Source: an archaeon (lineage in GTDB: Archaea > Nanobdellota > Nanobdellia > Woesearchaeales > UBA9642). Taken from it: DNA of 64,000 nt. Positions 19,070 to 29,410 of this stretch are shown one piece after another; the first letter of the stretch is position 1; each line of letters starts with the position of its first letter. The translations under genes were made by a program, and so were the position numbers. The notes beneath the pieces were generated by a model. That model was not told the DNA's origin and did no database searches. It saw nothing but the letters and a program-made list of their open reading frames with translations. The DNA lies in contig JAGVGF010000003.1 in assembly GCA_020057295.1 (NCBI GenBank), positions 32,001-96,000 on the forward strand, written 5' to 3'.

Positions 19070-19198
19070 ATTTGTGCTTAGATGCTTAGATATTTAAACT
19101 TTTTGTATCTATTTAACTTTTAGTTTAATGCCTCTTTAACACAACATTTATATAAAAGTATTCACTTCCTAGTAGTATTATTATTTATAGGGGATAAC

Positions 19199-19936
19199 AT
19201 GAAAAAAACACCATTATTACTAATTTTAGCAGCTCTATTGGCTGGTCAAGTAAAAGCTCAAACTTCACCCGAGACATCTAAAACTAAGCTTGAAACAACT
19301 GTTGTTCAGGATTTCTTTGATCTTTATAGAATGAGAGGATTAAATTTTTCCACTGGTCCAGTTTCTCAAACAAATTTGATTATGAATTATGGAAACCTTG
19401 CAGGAATTGTTCTTGTAAACCATAATTTCGATAGAGGGCATATTGACGAATATGATTTTGTAGCAAGGTACACAGACACTCTTAATGTAAATATTGCTGG
19501 AGCTAAACCTATAGTTTTTGGACAATTCGTTTATTTAGATATGGCGCGTCAACAAGCCGGCAAGTCAAAAGAAGCAGCAGTTGTAGCAACTTTGCCAATA
19601 TCATTAAATTCGAAAATGACTTTAACTCCTACGGTTACAGTAGCTAAAGATTTTGATAAAGGAAAAGGAGAATATCTTGGATTAGGCTTTAGTCAAGATA
19701 TTGCTGTAGATTCAGCATCAGGAATTGCTGCCAATATTTCAGGAGTAGTTGGTTACAATAATAAATATTGGAACTCTACATCAACATGGTCGCATGCAGA
19801 TATTTCTGCGAGAGTTTCCGTTCCTCTCGGAAATGGTTGGACAGCAACACCTAATATAACTTACAGCGGTAGTCTTAACAAAGAGTATTTCTCTAATGCA
19901 ACAGTTGCTGGTTTACAAATAAGTAAACAATTTTAA
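19199..19936 (+). CDS. Secreted beta-barrel-like protein resembling bacterial outer-membrane TorF/MipA-type barrels
   Basis: Sec signal (VKA|Q), YRMRG...PVSQ start motif, alternating amphipathic strands, C-terminal Phe (GLQISKQF). Confidence 0.6.
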   Translation: MKKTPLLLILAALLAGQVKAQTSPETSKTKLETTVVQDFFDLYRMRGLNFSTGPVSQTNLIMNYGNLAGIVLVNHNFDRGHIDEYDFVARYTDTLNVNIAGAKPIVFGQFVYLDMARQQAGKSKEAAVVATLPISLNSKMTLTPTVTVAKDFDKGKGEYLGLGFSQDIAVDSASGIAANISGVVGYNNKYWNSTSTWSHADISARVSVPLGNGWTATPNITYSGSLNKEYFSNATVAGLQISKQF

Positions 19937-19957
19937 TTTATTTTAGAATTATTTTAT

Positions 19958-22447
19958 TTATTCTTTTATAATTTTCGACATATTAATTGCTTTATCAGTA
20001 GAACCTAACTTAATTAAACGAACTCCTTGAGTGTTTCTTCCGACTGTAGAAATTTGTTCACATGATGTTCTTATTAGGATTCCTTTTTTAGAAATAAACA
20101 TTACTTCGTCATCATCCATTACAGATAATATTGCACTTACATTTCCATTTCTTTCTGAACAAATTATATTAATCACTCCTTTTCCGCCACGATTAATTAA
20201 TCTGTATTCCGTTGTTTCTGTTTTTTTACCAAATCCATTCTCTGTTAACGTTAATACTTTATGCGTATCTTCAGCAATTATCATTCCGATAACATAATCT
20301 TTATCTTCAAGTCTTATTCCTCGAACTCCTTGACTCGTTCTACCCGTACTTCGTACATCTTCTTCACTAAATCTTGCTGCTGCGCCTTGATGTGTTGCTA
20401 ACATTAAATTCTTAGTACCATCAGTCATTACAACATTGATTAATTCATCTTTTAGATCTTCATCTAATTTTATTGCTGCAATTCCGCCCTTTCTAGGATT
20501 TGAAAATTCTATTAGGTTACATTTCTTTATTGTTCCGAACTTTGTAGCCATTACGATATAATGTTTATCGTCGAATTCTCGAACTGGGATAATTGCATTA
20601 ACTTTTTCATCTGCATCAAGCTCTAACAAGTTTACTATTGCTTTGCCCATTGATTGTCTTGATGCATCTGGAATTCTATGAACTTTGATCCAGTATAATT
20701 GACCTTTGTTAGTAATTATTAATAAATATGAGTGTGTTCTAGCTACAAATAATTTTTCTATGTAATCTCCATCTTTAACATCTGATGCAATAACTCCTTT
20801 TCCGCCACGATTTTGAACCTTATATGTTTCTATTGGTAATCTTTTGATATATCCTGAATGTGTCATAGTAATTACTACAGGCTCATCAGGTATTAAATCT
20901 TCAACTTCATAATCTAATTCCTCGTCTTTAGCATCAACAATTTTTGTTTTACGCGGATTATTCTTGCCGTATGTTTGTATGATCTCTGTCATTTCGTCTT
21001 TGATTATGTTTCTTACTCTAGTTTCAGAGTTCAATATATCTTTTAATTCTTTAATTTCTAATTGTAACTCAGCATGTTCGGTGTTTATCTTTTCTTGCTC
21101 AAGCATTGCAAGTCTTCTTATCTTCATTTCAAGTATTGCATTGCTTTGAGGTTCGCTAAGTGCATATCTTTTAATAAGTTCGGCTTTTGCATCTTCGTCA
21201 GCACTTCTACTATTCTTTAATATTTTAATTATTTCATCAATATTTTTAAGAGCAATGATTAATCCTTCAAGAATATGTGCTCTCTCTTGAGCTTTTCTTA
21301 AATCAAATGCTGATCTTTTTCTAACAACTTCAATTCTGTGTTCAACGTAATGTCTTAGATATAATTTTAATGATAATAATTTCGGCTCAGTTCCATGAAC
21401 TAATGCGACCATATTAATTCCGAAACTATCTTCTAAACGTGAAAAGTTATATAACATATTTTTTACAATTTCTGGATTTACATCTTTCTTTAATTCAATA
21501 ACTATTCTTACACCATCTCTGTCAGATTCATCTCTTAAATCAGAAATTTCCGTAATCTTCTTTTCTTTGACTAGATTTGCTAAATCTTCTACTAATTGTG
21601 ATTTATTGACTTGATACGGTATCTCGTTAACAACTAATCTTTGACGACCTTTCTTTTCTTCAACGGTAATTACTGATCTTATTCTGATGCTTCCTCTTCC
21701 TGTATTATATGCGTCAACTATTCCTTTTCTACCAACAATTTCTGCGCCTGTAGGAAAGTCTGGACCAGTCACAATTGTCAATAATTCTTCAGTACTAATT
21801 TCTGGATTGTCAATCATAGAAGTTACTGCAGTACATATTTCGGTAATGTTGTGTGGAGGAATGTTTGTTGCCATACCAACAGCAATACCCGAACTTCCAT
21901 TAATAAATAAATTTGGAAATTTACTCGGAAGAACAACAGGCTCTTTTAACGTTCCATCGAAGTTAGAAGTAAAATCAACAGTCTCTTTTTCAATATCTTG
22001 TAGCATTTCATCTGAAATTTTTGCGAGTCTTGCTTCAGTATATCTCATAGCAGCAGCAGAATCTCCATCTATAGAACCAAAGTTTCCTTGGCCCTGAATT
22101 AAAGGATAACGTAATGAAAATTCTTGTGCCATTCTAACTAATGAATCATACACTGCAACATCACCGTGAGGATGATATTTACCAAGTACTTCTCCAACGA
22201 TTCTAGCACACTTTTTGTAAGGTTTATTGTAAGTGTTGCTCAATTCATTCATAGCATAAAGAATTCTTCTATGAACGGGCTTTAAACCATCTCTCACATC
22301 AGGAAGAGCTCTTCCAACAATAACAGACATAGCATAATCTAAATAAGATCTCTTCATCTCATCTTCTACAGTCTGTAAAATCATTCGGGGATTAAACTCA
22401 GAAGTACTTCCATTTTCATTATTTTGAGCAGTTTTATCGTCAACCAT
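19958..22447 (-). CDS. gyrA: DNA gyrase subunit A
   Basis: [32 protein letters not shown] (catalytic Tyr), GyrA box QNRGGKG, pinwheel repeats. Confidence 0.97.
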   Translation of the reverse strand: MVDDKTAQNNENGSTSEFNPRMILQTVEDEMKRSYLDYAMSVIVGRALPDVRDGLKPVHRRILYAMNELSNTYNKPYKKCARIVGEVLGKYHPHGDVAVYDSLVRMAQEFSLRYPLIQGQGNFGSIDGDSAAAMRYTEARLAKISDEMLQDIEKETVDFTSNFDGTLKEPVVLPSKFPNLFINGSSGIAVGMATNIPPHNITEICTAVTSMIDNPEISTEELLTIVTGPDFPTGAEIVGRKGIVDAYNTGRGSIRIRSVITVEEKKGRQRLVVNEIPYQVNKSQLVEDLANLVKEKKITEISDLRDESDRDGVRIVIELKKDVNPEIVKNMLYNFSRLEDSFGINMVALVHGTEPKLLSLKLYLRHYVEHRIEVVRKRSAFDLRKAQERAHILEGLIIALKNIDEIIKILKNSRSADEDAKAELIKRYALSEPQSNAILEMKIRRLAMLEQEKINTEHAELQLEIKELKDILNSETRVRNIIKDEMTEIIQTYGKNNPRKTKIVDAKDEELDYEVEDLIPDEPVVITMTHSGYIKRLPIETYKVQNRGGKGVIASDVKDGDYIEKLFVARTHSYLLIITNKGQLYWIKVHRIPDASRQSMGKAIVNLLELDADEKVNAIIPVREFDDKHYIVMATKFGTIKKCNLIEFSNPRKGGIAAIKLDEDLKDELINVVMTDGTKNLMLATHQGAAARFSEEDVRSTGRTSQGVRGIRLEDKDYVIGMIIAEDTHKVLTLTENGFGKKTETTEYRLINRGGKGVINIICSERNGNVSAILSVMDDDEVMFISKKGILIRTSCEQISTVGRNTQGVRLIKLGSTDKAINMSKIIKE

Positions 22448-22564
22448 TTTATTTAAATTTGTATCTAGACTGTGATTTTTATGATAAAAAGAATTATCTA
22501 TTATTTATAAGTGTTGCGGTTTGTTTATCGACGATAAAAGATAAGAAAAAAGGTTTTTTTAGAA

Positions 22565-22816
22565 CTATTTTATATCTGCTCTGCATGTGTCTTTTTCTGT
22601 AACCTTACCGCGTTTATTGCTATCAAATATGCTTTGCATTACAAATATTAATGATTCCTCGTTGGCTTCAACATTCAACTCGCACGACTTAAGATTCATA
22701 ATTTCTCCTGCTACCATTCCTTCTTGTTCAGGATGTTCTTCATGTCTGTATCCTTGCTGTTTTGCCATCCATAATTGCACTTTTGTTACTGTATCACCAT
22801 TGTCTATGCGTGCCAT
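22565..22816 (-). CDS. Hypothetical small protein
   Basis: 83-aa ORF preceded by GGAGG SD. Confidence 0.55.
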   Translation of the reverse strand: MARIDNGDTVTKVQLWMAKQQGYRHEEHPEQEGMVAGEIMNLKSCELNVEANEESLIFVMQSIFDSNKRGKVTEKDTCRADIK

Positions 22817-22824
22817 TTCGCCTC

Positions 22825-22974
22825 CTAATTAATTATTCTACTCTTAACCTGATTTGAATGTACTTTAAACGAACATCCGCAATATACACATCTCTTAATT
22901 TTATCTGTTATACTGCCTGTTTGTGGTTGATAACTCTGAATTTTTTTACATCTTGGACATGATACTTTTAACAT
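22825..22974 (-). CDS. Small Zn-ribbon protein (49 aa)
   Basis: Not in ORF track: MLKVSCPRCKKIQSYQPQTGSITDKIKRCVYCGCSFKVHSNQVKSRIIN; two CxxC pairs. Confidence 0.7.
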   Translation of the reverse strand: MLKVSCPRCKKIQSYQPQTGSITDKIKRCVYCGCSFKVHSNQVKSRIIN

Positions 22975-22980
22975 AATAAA

Positions 22981-24324
22981 TCACTTCTGCATTTTTTCTT
23001 TTACTCGTTGTAATTCATCTTTAAATTTCTTCTCTAATTGTTTCTTCGTTAGTTGTTTAGGTTTAAGATGTTGATCTTCAGGTTTCTGAAAATGGTGTTC
23101 TCCATCAGCACTATCTGTAGTAATAACAATATCCTCGTCATCTTTTATCTTTACTGCTCCCCCTTCAATTATTTCTGGAGGTTGCTCAGTAACAGCTTCT
23201 AATGGCACTTGTGGAGGTTCCTGTTCATGCATTGGTCTCGGAATATCGGCAGAATATTCATCAGTTCTTTTAGATGTGGCTTCTATTTTATTATGCATCT
23301 GTTCTAGGAATGCTTTCTCAGAAATCTTATCCTCTTCACGATATTCTATACGTCTAGTTTCTATTGTTTCTAGAGTTTTTAGCAATTTTTCTCTAGAATC
23401 AATAATTTCTTCTGTAGGTTTAGTCTCTTCTAGTGTAGTCTGTACTGTAGGAATCTTGGCTTCACTCATAACACTTTGTAAATTCTTTTGATCTATATCA
23501 AAATAGTTATAGAATTTATCTGTGGTTTTTATAACATAACTTCTTCCTTTCTTTATTTTTGTTATAAACCCAGCAGTTTCTAATTCTGCAATATGATCAT
23601 AGCACTTATTTCCTCTAATTCTAACAACTTCATTCTGATATATTGGACTCTTCCATGCAATAACTGACAATGTCTCCATTATAGATTTAGATAATTCTGT
23701 GTCAGAGACTATTTTTCTAACCAACGAAAGATATTTTTCTCTAACATTAATCTTCCAATTATTGCCTTCTTGAATAATAATAAGCGCAGATTTTTTTGAA
23801 TCATAATCTTTCTTTAATTCTTCTAAAGCTTTTTTAGTATTACGCTTATCTATCTCACATAGTTGTGAAATGGATTCTTCCTCAAGATATTTGCCTACAG
23901 CAAATAATATTGCTTCAACTCTAGCTTTATTATCTTCTAAAGGATTGCTTTTATCTTCTTTTAGAACATGAACTTCAGGATTATGTATTATTAGAGGATT
24001 TTCCTCAAGTTTTTCTAGAATTTTTTCTTTCATATCTTCTAGAGATTTTATTTCTATTTTTGGAGCAGGCGATTCTTCTATTTTTGACTCTAATAAAGGA
24101 GTAGGTTCAATGTGTATTGTTTGTTTAACATTTTTAATCTCTTTATCTATCTTAGTTTTATCTACATGTTCAGATTTCTTGATTTTTGATATTTTTTTAT
24201 CTTTTTTTTTAGATATTTTTTCCTTAGAAAGCTTAACTACTTGTTTAATCTTTGTTGAATGTTTCTTATCAACAACTTCCAAATGTTTTTTAGAATTTTT
24301 AACTGCTTTTACGATACTTCTCAC
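22981..24324 (-). CDS. scpB: SMC-Scp complex subunit ScpB with long N- and C-terminal extensions
   Basis: RVEAILFA, ELSKSIMETLSVIAWKSPI, VVRIRG, TTDKFYNYF; start uncertain. Confidence 0.85.
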   Translation of the reverse strand: MRSIVKAVKNSKKHLEVVDKKHSTKIKQVVKLSKEKISKKKDKKISKIKKSEHVDKTKIDKEIKNVKQTIHIEPTPLLESKIEESPAPKIEIKSLEDMKEKILEKLEENPLIIHNPEVHVLKEDKSNPLEDNKARVEAILFAVGKYLEEESISQLCEIDKRNTKKALEELKKDYDSKKSALIIIQEGNNWKINVREKYLSLVRKIVSDTELSKSIMETLSVIAWKSPIYQNEVVRIRGNKCYDHIAELETAGFITKIKKGRSYVIKTTDKFYNYFDIDQKNLQSVMSEAKIPTVQTTLEETKPTEEIIDSREKLLKTLETIETRRIEYREEDKISEKAFLEQMHNKIEATSKRTDEYSADIPRPMHEQEPPQVPLEAVTEQPPEIIEGGAVKIKDDEDIVITTDSADGEHHFQKPEDQHLKPKQLTKKQLEKKFKDELQRVKEKMQK

Positions 24325-24889
24325 CGTCTTTAACCAAAGTCTTTTCTCTAATCATTGCATCAATGAATGGTTGTATGTGTTCAGTATCAATACCAACTTT
24401 TTCGGATACTTCCTCTAAAGTTTTAGGTTCAGTAATGGCCAAGACCACACAATTTCTTATAGCCCTGTTCAAATTAACTTTTAATAAATCGTTTTCTCCG
24501 TTTAAATTCTTCAGACTTATTCCAACTTCGTGTAGTCTAGACATAAGATCATTATACCAATCACCCATTTTTTTATCGCTTATAGTGAAATTTTCTGGCT
24601 GTAATATTTCTATACTTGCTGGTCCAAGATTAAAACATAATATATTTAATTTATCGAAGCTACTTATCAATATTTCAGCTTCATAAAATGTACTCCATAC
24701 TCCTTCGGTCTCTTCTGCAGGAGCCATATATTCTTTAGTAAATATGTAATCTGGATCTTCCTTAATTGTGTGAATATAACTCATTAAGGTTTTTTCTACA
24801 TGATCTTTAGGATTACCTGCCATTTCAAATATTACTCTACAAAATATGTGTCCTTGGCTTATAAAATCTTTTAACTCTTTATCATTCAT
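24299..24889 (-). CDS. Conserved-looking archaeal hypothetical protein with C-terminal wHTH
   Basis: IFEMAGNPKDHVEKTL, PASIEILQP, C-terminal HTH-like segment. Confidence 0.7.
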   Translation of the reverse strand: MNDKELKDFISQGHIFCRVIFEMAGNPKDHVEKTLMSYIHTIKEDPDYIFTKEYMAPAEETEGVWSTFYEAEILISSFDKLNILCFNLGPASIEILQPENFTISDKKMGDWYNDLMSRLHEVGISLKNLNGENDLLKVNLNRAIRNCVVLAITEPKTLEEVSEKVGIDTEHIQPFIDAMIREKTLVKDGEKYRKSS

Positions 24890-25004
24890 AAAAGTCCTCC
24901 AGACTTTTAAGTCCTAGAAATCGTAGATTTCTATGACATAAAAATACACCTTAAATAATTAGAATATAAACCTGTTCTTTTTTATAAATCTATCGTTTGA
25001 ACGT

Positions 25005-26501
25005 TCAGTAGTCATCCTTGATTTTATGTGCTTTCTTAGACAAGAATTTGTATGATGCTATGGTTATACTAGCAAGTCCTAATAGTATTAATCCTATGAG
25101 TGAATAAAATTTATTTTTCTGATTAGGAGATTCATAGATTACTTTTCCACTTATTCCTAAAAGTTCTTTAGAAGAATTAATTGTGTTATTAGCAGAGTTT
25201 GTTATTGCCTTATTGTTTGATTCTATACTAAGATTTTTCTGATTTATATTTGACGTTTCATCATTGTTTTTATTATCTTGATTGGATGTTTGGTTAGATC
25301 TAGATTGATTGCATACATTTACGGTTTTTATTACCATCTCTTTTGAACATTCGAGAGTGTTTAAAGGTATATTCCGACAATTACAAACATCACATTTAAT
25401 GGTCTTGCATGATGAGGACGGACAATTCGGCAATGGTGCAATATATTGGTTATTATTTACTAATATCATTTTTTCAGTAGGAGTATTATTAAATGTACAA
25501 TTTATATCTTTAATTACTGCCTTGATTAATAATATTTTGTCTCTCTCATCAATTTTTGGTGTAAAACTTTTTTCATCTTGATTATTCGTAACTATATGAT
25601 TTTTAATGAGCATTCCAGAGAGATCTTCCACCCAATATTCTATAGAATAATTTATATCTTCCATTTCAGATATTAGTAAAGGATTTATTGATATCTTAAT
25701 GTAGAATTTTATCGACATTCCTTCATCGTATATTGCGGAATAATTTTTTAATGTGATATTTATAGATGCATAGCATGATGAATTATTTTTTGTAGAAATA
25801 TTTTCTAAATATAAATTATTAGATAAGTTAGATAGATTCATTGAGTTGTTGATATTTAATGTAATATTTGATGTACTGTTTGAGGTAATATTCTCTTCTT
25901 CGGTTATGTTTGCATTTGAAGCGTTATTAAAAAACACTTTAGTTATATTTCCAGGTTCTCCTTTATTTATGAACGATTCTCCCCATATTTCATCAATATA
26001 CTCAATAGTATATCCTTCACGTATTGTTACATACTGTAATATTGCGGTATAATTTATTTCGTCAATTATAGAATTTCCGTAATTTATTCCAATTGTTTCA
26101 CCAGTATTTCCGAGGTTAAACGCACTTCTATATAGGGCGATTTTTTTTGAACTATCATTCAAATCGTTTGATGTATCATTCAACATTGTATTGATTAGGG
26201 GATAATCTTCAAGAAACTTATCTATATCATTACATAATATAGCGTAATTACAAGCAACATCGCTCGTATAAGAATAGATGTTATGATTTGTGTTCTCTTC
26301 GAATAATTTGTATTGTGTAAAATTTATGCATCCTTCGCTGTTATTTATCTGTATTTCAATCCATTCTCTTCCACTATCCGCTCCTTGTGGATTAAACATT
26401 ATTTCTGTAAATTGTAAAGCGCAAATATGTGGTACTGTAATTAATGCTATACTGCACATTATAAATAAATTTATGCTTATAATTTTCTTTCTAAATTTCA
26501 T
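25005..26501 (-). CDS. Lamin-tail-domain surface glycoprotein
   Basis: Signal peptide, FTEIMFNPQGADSGREWIEI, many NxS/T sequons, C-terminal TM anchor. Confidence 0.75.
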   Translation of the reverse strand: MKFRKKIISINLFIMCSIALITVPHICALQFTEIMFNPQGADSGREWIEIQINNSEGCINFTQYKLFEENTNHNIYSYTSDVACNYAILCNDIDKFLEDYPLINTMLNDTSNDLNDSSKKIALYRSAFNLGNTGETIGINYGNSIIDEINYTAILQYVTIREGYTIEYIDEIWGESFINKGEPGNITKVFFNNASNANITEEENITSNSTSNITLNINNSMNLSNLSNNLYLENISTKNNSSCYASINITLKNYSAIYDEGMSIKFYIKISINPLLISEMEDINYSIEYWVEDLSGMLIKNHIVTNNQDEKSFTPKIDERDKILLIKAVIKDINCTFNNTPTEKMILVNNNQYIAPLPNCPSSSCKTIKCDVCNCRNIPLNTLECSKEMVIKTVNVCNQSRSNQTSNQDNKNNDETSNINQKNLSIESNNKAITNSANNTINSSKELLGISGKVIYESPNQKNKFYSLIGLILLGLASITIASYKFLSKKAHKIKDDY

Positions 26502-26604
26502 CTTATCGATAAATAATATCTTTTAATAAGTCTATCTACAGAATTATCGTAAATTGTTCAAAGATATCGAAAAATCTTCAATAAATTTTTACGCTCTGGA
26601 ATGA

Positions 26605-27618
26605 TTAGAATTCTCCAGGAATTTTTACTCCGCATTTGGTACACTTACTCTTTTCTATTCCAACAATTTTTACATGATAGTTTTCTCTATCTACAAGCAA
26701 TGTATTACATTTTGAACAGCAAGTATTATCGAGAAATCCTAAATTCCCAATATAAACATAGTTTAATCCTATTTCTAGTGCAATTTTCTTTGCATTCTCA
26801 ACAACTTTCGAAGGAGTCGGAGTTATGTCTTTTGCATGATAATATGGATAAAATTTTGAGAAATGTAACGGCACATTAACTCCTACATTATCTTTTACCC
26901 ACTTACATAATTTTTTTATATCTTCAGTATTATCATTTAATTTTGGAATTAGAAGGTTTGTTAATTCAATCCATACTCCTGATTCATATAGTGTTTTTAT
27001 GGTATTTAATACTGGCTGCATTTTTGTCTTACTGTATCCCTTATAAAATTCTTCTGTTATTCCTTTAAGATCTATATTTGCTGCATCAATATATTTTATT
27101 AATTCTTTTAATGGTTCAGGATTAATATATCCGTTACTTACTATAATATTTTTTATTCCTTTCTTTCTAGCAAGTTTTGCAATATCGATTATGTATTCAA
27201 AAAATATTGTTGGCTCGTTGTATGTATATGCTATTAATTTAATGTTATTTTCTAAAGCTAAATCCACTATTTCTTCAGGATGATAATATTTTAATTCAGA
27301 AGTTTCCTTAGCATCTCTACGTGTAATATCGAAGTTTTGGCATCCTCTACAAAATAAATTACAACCAAATGTTCCAAAAGATAATATTTCGCTGCCTGGA
27401 TAGAAGTGATATAGTGGTTTTTTTTCTATTGGATCTACATGAATACTACAAGGATAACCATAAACCATACTATAAAATTTTCCATTAATGTTTATTCTGG
27501 TCTTACATAATCCGCTTTTACCTTCAAGAATCACACACTTATTAGGACACAAATCACACCGTATGTTATTATTTTCGAGTGTCTGGTAGTATTTTTTTAT
27601 TAAGTGCGCTTCGACCAT
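26605..27618 (-). CDS. amrS: AmmeMemoRadiSam system radical SAM enzyme
   Basis: CDLCPNKC, DPIEKKPLYHF, GCNLFCRGCQN, YTYNEP, ANIDLK, PLHFSKFYP. Confidence 0.9.
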   Translation of the reverse strand: MVEAHLIKKYYQTLENNNIRCDLCPNKCVILEGKSGLCKTRININGKFYSMVYGYPCSIHVDPIEKKPLYHFYPGSEILSFGTFGCNLFCRGCQNFDITRRDAKETSELKYYHPEEIVDLALENNIKLIAYTYNEPTIFFEYIIDIAKLARKKGIKNIIVSNGYINPEPLKELIKYIDAANIDLKGITEEFYKGYSKTKMQPVLNTIKTLYESGVWIELTNLLIPKLNDNTEDIKKLCKWVKDNVGVNVPLHFSKFYPYYHAKDITPTPSKVVENAKKIALEIGLNYVYIGNLGFLDNTCCSKCNTLLVDRENYHVKIVGIEKSKCTKCGVKIPGEF

Positions 27619-27758
27619 AGTTTAGTTATATTGTTTAAGTATTAATTTATTACTAAAAACAACATCCTCGATAAATTATTTTTACCATTATGTAATAATA
27701 AGAAAACTTTTAATACTGTTTTAAAATATAAGCATATAGAGTAAAAAAGGGGTGTATT

Positions 27759-28439
27759 ATGGGTTTGTTCGATTTTTTGAAGAAAAAGGAGTCAGATCAA
27801 CCTATAAGTCAGTCTTTTGATAATCAATCTATACCTTCTGATTTACCTTCTATTGACGGAAGTGCTGCTCAGCAATTACCTCCAATAAGTTTAAGTAAAG
27901 GGTTTTCAGATTCTTCTGAATCAAAATCTATAAGTCTAAACATGCCGACTCTAGATTTTAGTCTTCCTCCATCAGATGAAGTTCCAGTACAGAAACCTGT
28001 AGACAAAGGTTATTTATCTGTTGAAGATCTTAATAAATTATTTTTATCTGATAACTGGAAAGAACCAGATTGGCAAAATTTCGAACCATATTCTCAAGAA
28101 AAGATTGAAGAACCCAAACCCGAAGATTTTGGAGTTGTCGGACATTCAGATCTTCCATCATTTGAAGAAGATCATTCTCCAATACCGGTTGCTCCTCCTC
28201 AAGAAGTTAAGAGAGCAGGACCAAAACCTGTAGAATTATACATTAAAGGTAAAGCATACAACAGAGTTTTTATAGAATTAGATTCAATGAGTCAAGCATT
28301 ACAACAGAGAGATATAAAAATTTCGCATTATGAAAATCTTGTCAAATCAGAAGAGCCTCTATCAACAAGTGCCAAGGAAAATATGGAATATTTGTATAGA
28401 AAATTAGCTCAAGTAGACAAAAAGATATTTGCTCAATAA
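27759..28439 (+). CDS. Hypothetical protein: MGLFDFLKK start, Pro/acidic linker, C-terminal strand + coiled-coil domain
   Basis: C-terminal 70 aa align by eye with the product of 28451-28675. Confidence 0.7.
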   Translation: MGLFDFLKKKESDQPISQSFDNQSIPSDLPSIDGSAAQQLPPISLSKGFSDSSESKSISLNMPTLDFSLPPSDEVPVQKPVDKGYLSVEDLNKLFLSDNWKEPDWQNFEPYSQEKIEEPKPEDFGVVGHSDLPSFEEDHSPIPVAPPQEVKRAGPKPVELYIKGKAYNRVFIELDSMSQALQQRDIKISHYENLVKSEEPLSTSAKENMEYLYRKLAQVDKKIFAQ

Positions 28440-28450
28440 AAGGTGATATT

Positions 28451-28675
28451 ATGGATAAAAATGTTCCAGTATTCGTGAAGATTGCTGATTACAAAGAAGT
28501 ATTAGATATAGTTGATGTGATGAAACAGAAATTAAAGGAAACAACTCAAACTTTAGAAAAGTTAAAGGAGTTAAAAGCCGAAGAGGATAGGGAATTGCAG
28601 GAGTGGGAGAAAAATGTTACAGAAATCTCACGAAGATTAGCATTTATAGATTCAGCATTCTTTGAAAATGAATAA
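28451..28675 (+). CDS. Small coiled-coil hairpin protein
   Basis: PVFVKIADYKEV...RLAFIDSAFF; AGGTGA SD. Confidence 0.75.
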   Translation: MDKNVPVFVKIADYKEVLDIVDVMKQKLKETTQTLEKLKELKAEEDRELQEWEKNVTEISRRLAFIDSAFFENE

Positions 28676-29093
28676 GAAAATCGTAAAAAGAAAATTAGAA
28701 GTGCCGACAGAGCACGAAACATACTTCATATATTTGAAGAATCCTTTAGAGTATAGAAGACAATTGCTTGAGAGTTCTAGAAAAACACTCTATAGTTTAA
28801 AAAATTATCAAAAGATATTGTTAATTAGAACTAAGAAGCTCGAGGAATTACATAAATTAAGAACTTCAGTTAAAGAATTATTATATCTTAATAAAAAATT
28901 CAATGATAAACTGCCAAAATATGAATCTAAAGTTTTAGGTGGATTAAATTCAGAAGACAAGGTTAAAAATGTGAAAATGCATGTAATAAATGTAAAGAAA
29001 CCTAGTACTCCCGTATCAAGAGAAAAATCTGAGTTAGAAAGATTAGAAGAATCATTAGCAGGTATTGAGAAAAAATTAAGAACGTTACAATAA
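28668..29093 (+). CDS. Coiled-coil hypothetical protein
   Basis: Overlaps upstream stop; YFIYLKNP then heptads; C-terminal SELERLEESLAGIEKKL. Confidence 0.7.
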   Translation: MNKKIVKRKLEVPTEHETYFIYLKNPLEYRRQLLESSRKTLYSLKNYQKILLIRTKKLEELHKLRTSVKELLYLNKKFNDKLPKYESKVLGGLNSEDKVKNVKMHVINVKKPSTPVSREKSELERLEESLAGIEKKLRTLQ

Positions 29094-29193
29094 ATCTTTT
29101 TCTTTTCAAATAATTTTATAAACCATTAGATAGTCCTATGAGTATGTCGCTATAGGCGACCTTTTTTGATAAACCTTTTTTCTAAAAAGGTTT

Positions 29194-29277
29194 GCGGGGA
29201 TACCAAAGTGGCCAAATGGGGTGGACTCAAAATCCTCTGGCTTAGTGCCTTCGTGGGTTCGAATCCTACTCCCCGCA
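29194..29277 (+). tRNA. tRNA-Leu(CAA)
   Basis: Acceptor GCGGGGA/TCCCCGC + discriminator A, D arm, anticodon loop CT-CAA-AA, long variable arm, GGTTCGAATCC; CCA not encoded. Confidence 0.93.
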
Positions 29278-29395
29278 TTTTTTACAAAAAATGCAGTAAA
29301 AGTAATGAACATCACGAAAACGTGAGTTCATCTGTTACTATTTATGTTGCTTTAGCTTCTTTTTCCCAAGGCTTTTTCTAAAAAGGCTTAGGAGT

Positions 29396-29410
29396 ATCCT
29401 ACTCCCCGCA
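29396..29410 (+). repeat. Direct repeat of tRNA-Leu 3' end (att-like)
   Basis: ATCCTACTCCCCGCA identical to 29263-29277. Confidence 0.8.

Noticed and set aside
22825-22974. RNA polymerase subunit Rpo12 (P)
   Set aside because: Zn ribbon present but lacks the Y-x-C start and the CPxCG-x-(R/K)-I-x-x-K signature
29166-29381. 71-aa ORF
   Set aside because: Overlaps the tRNA-Leu gene
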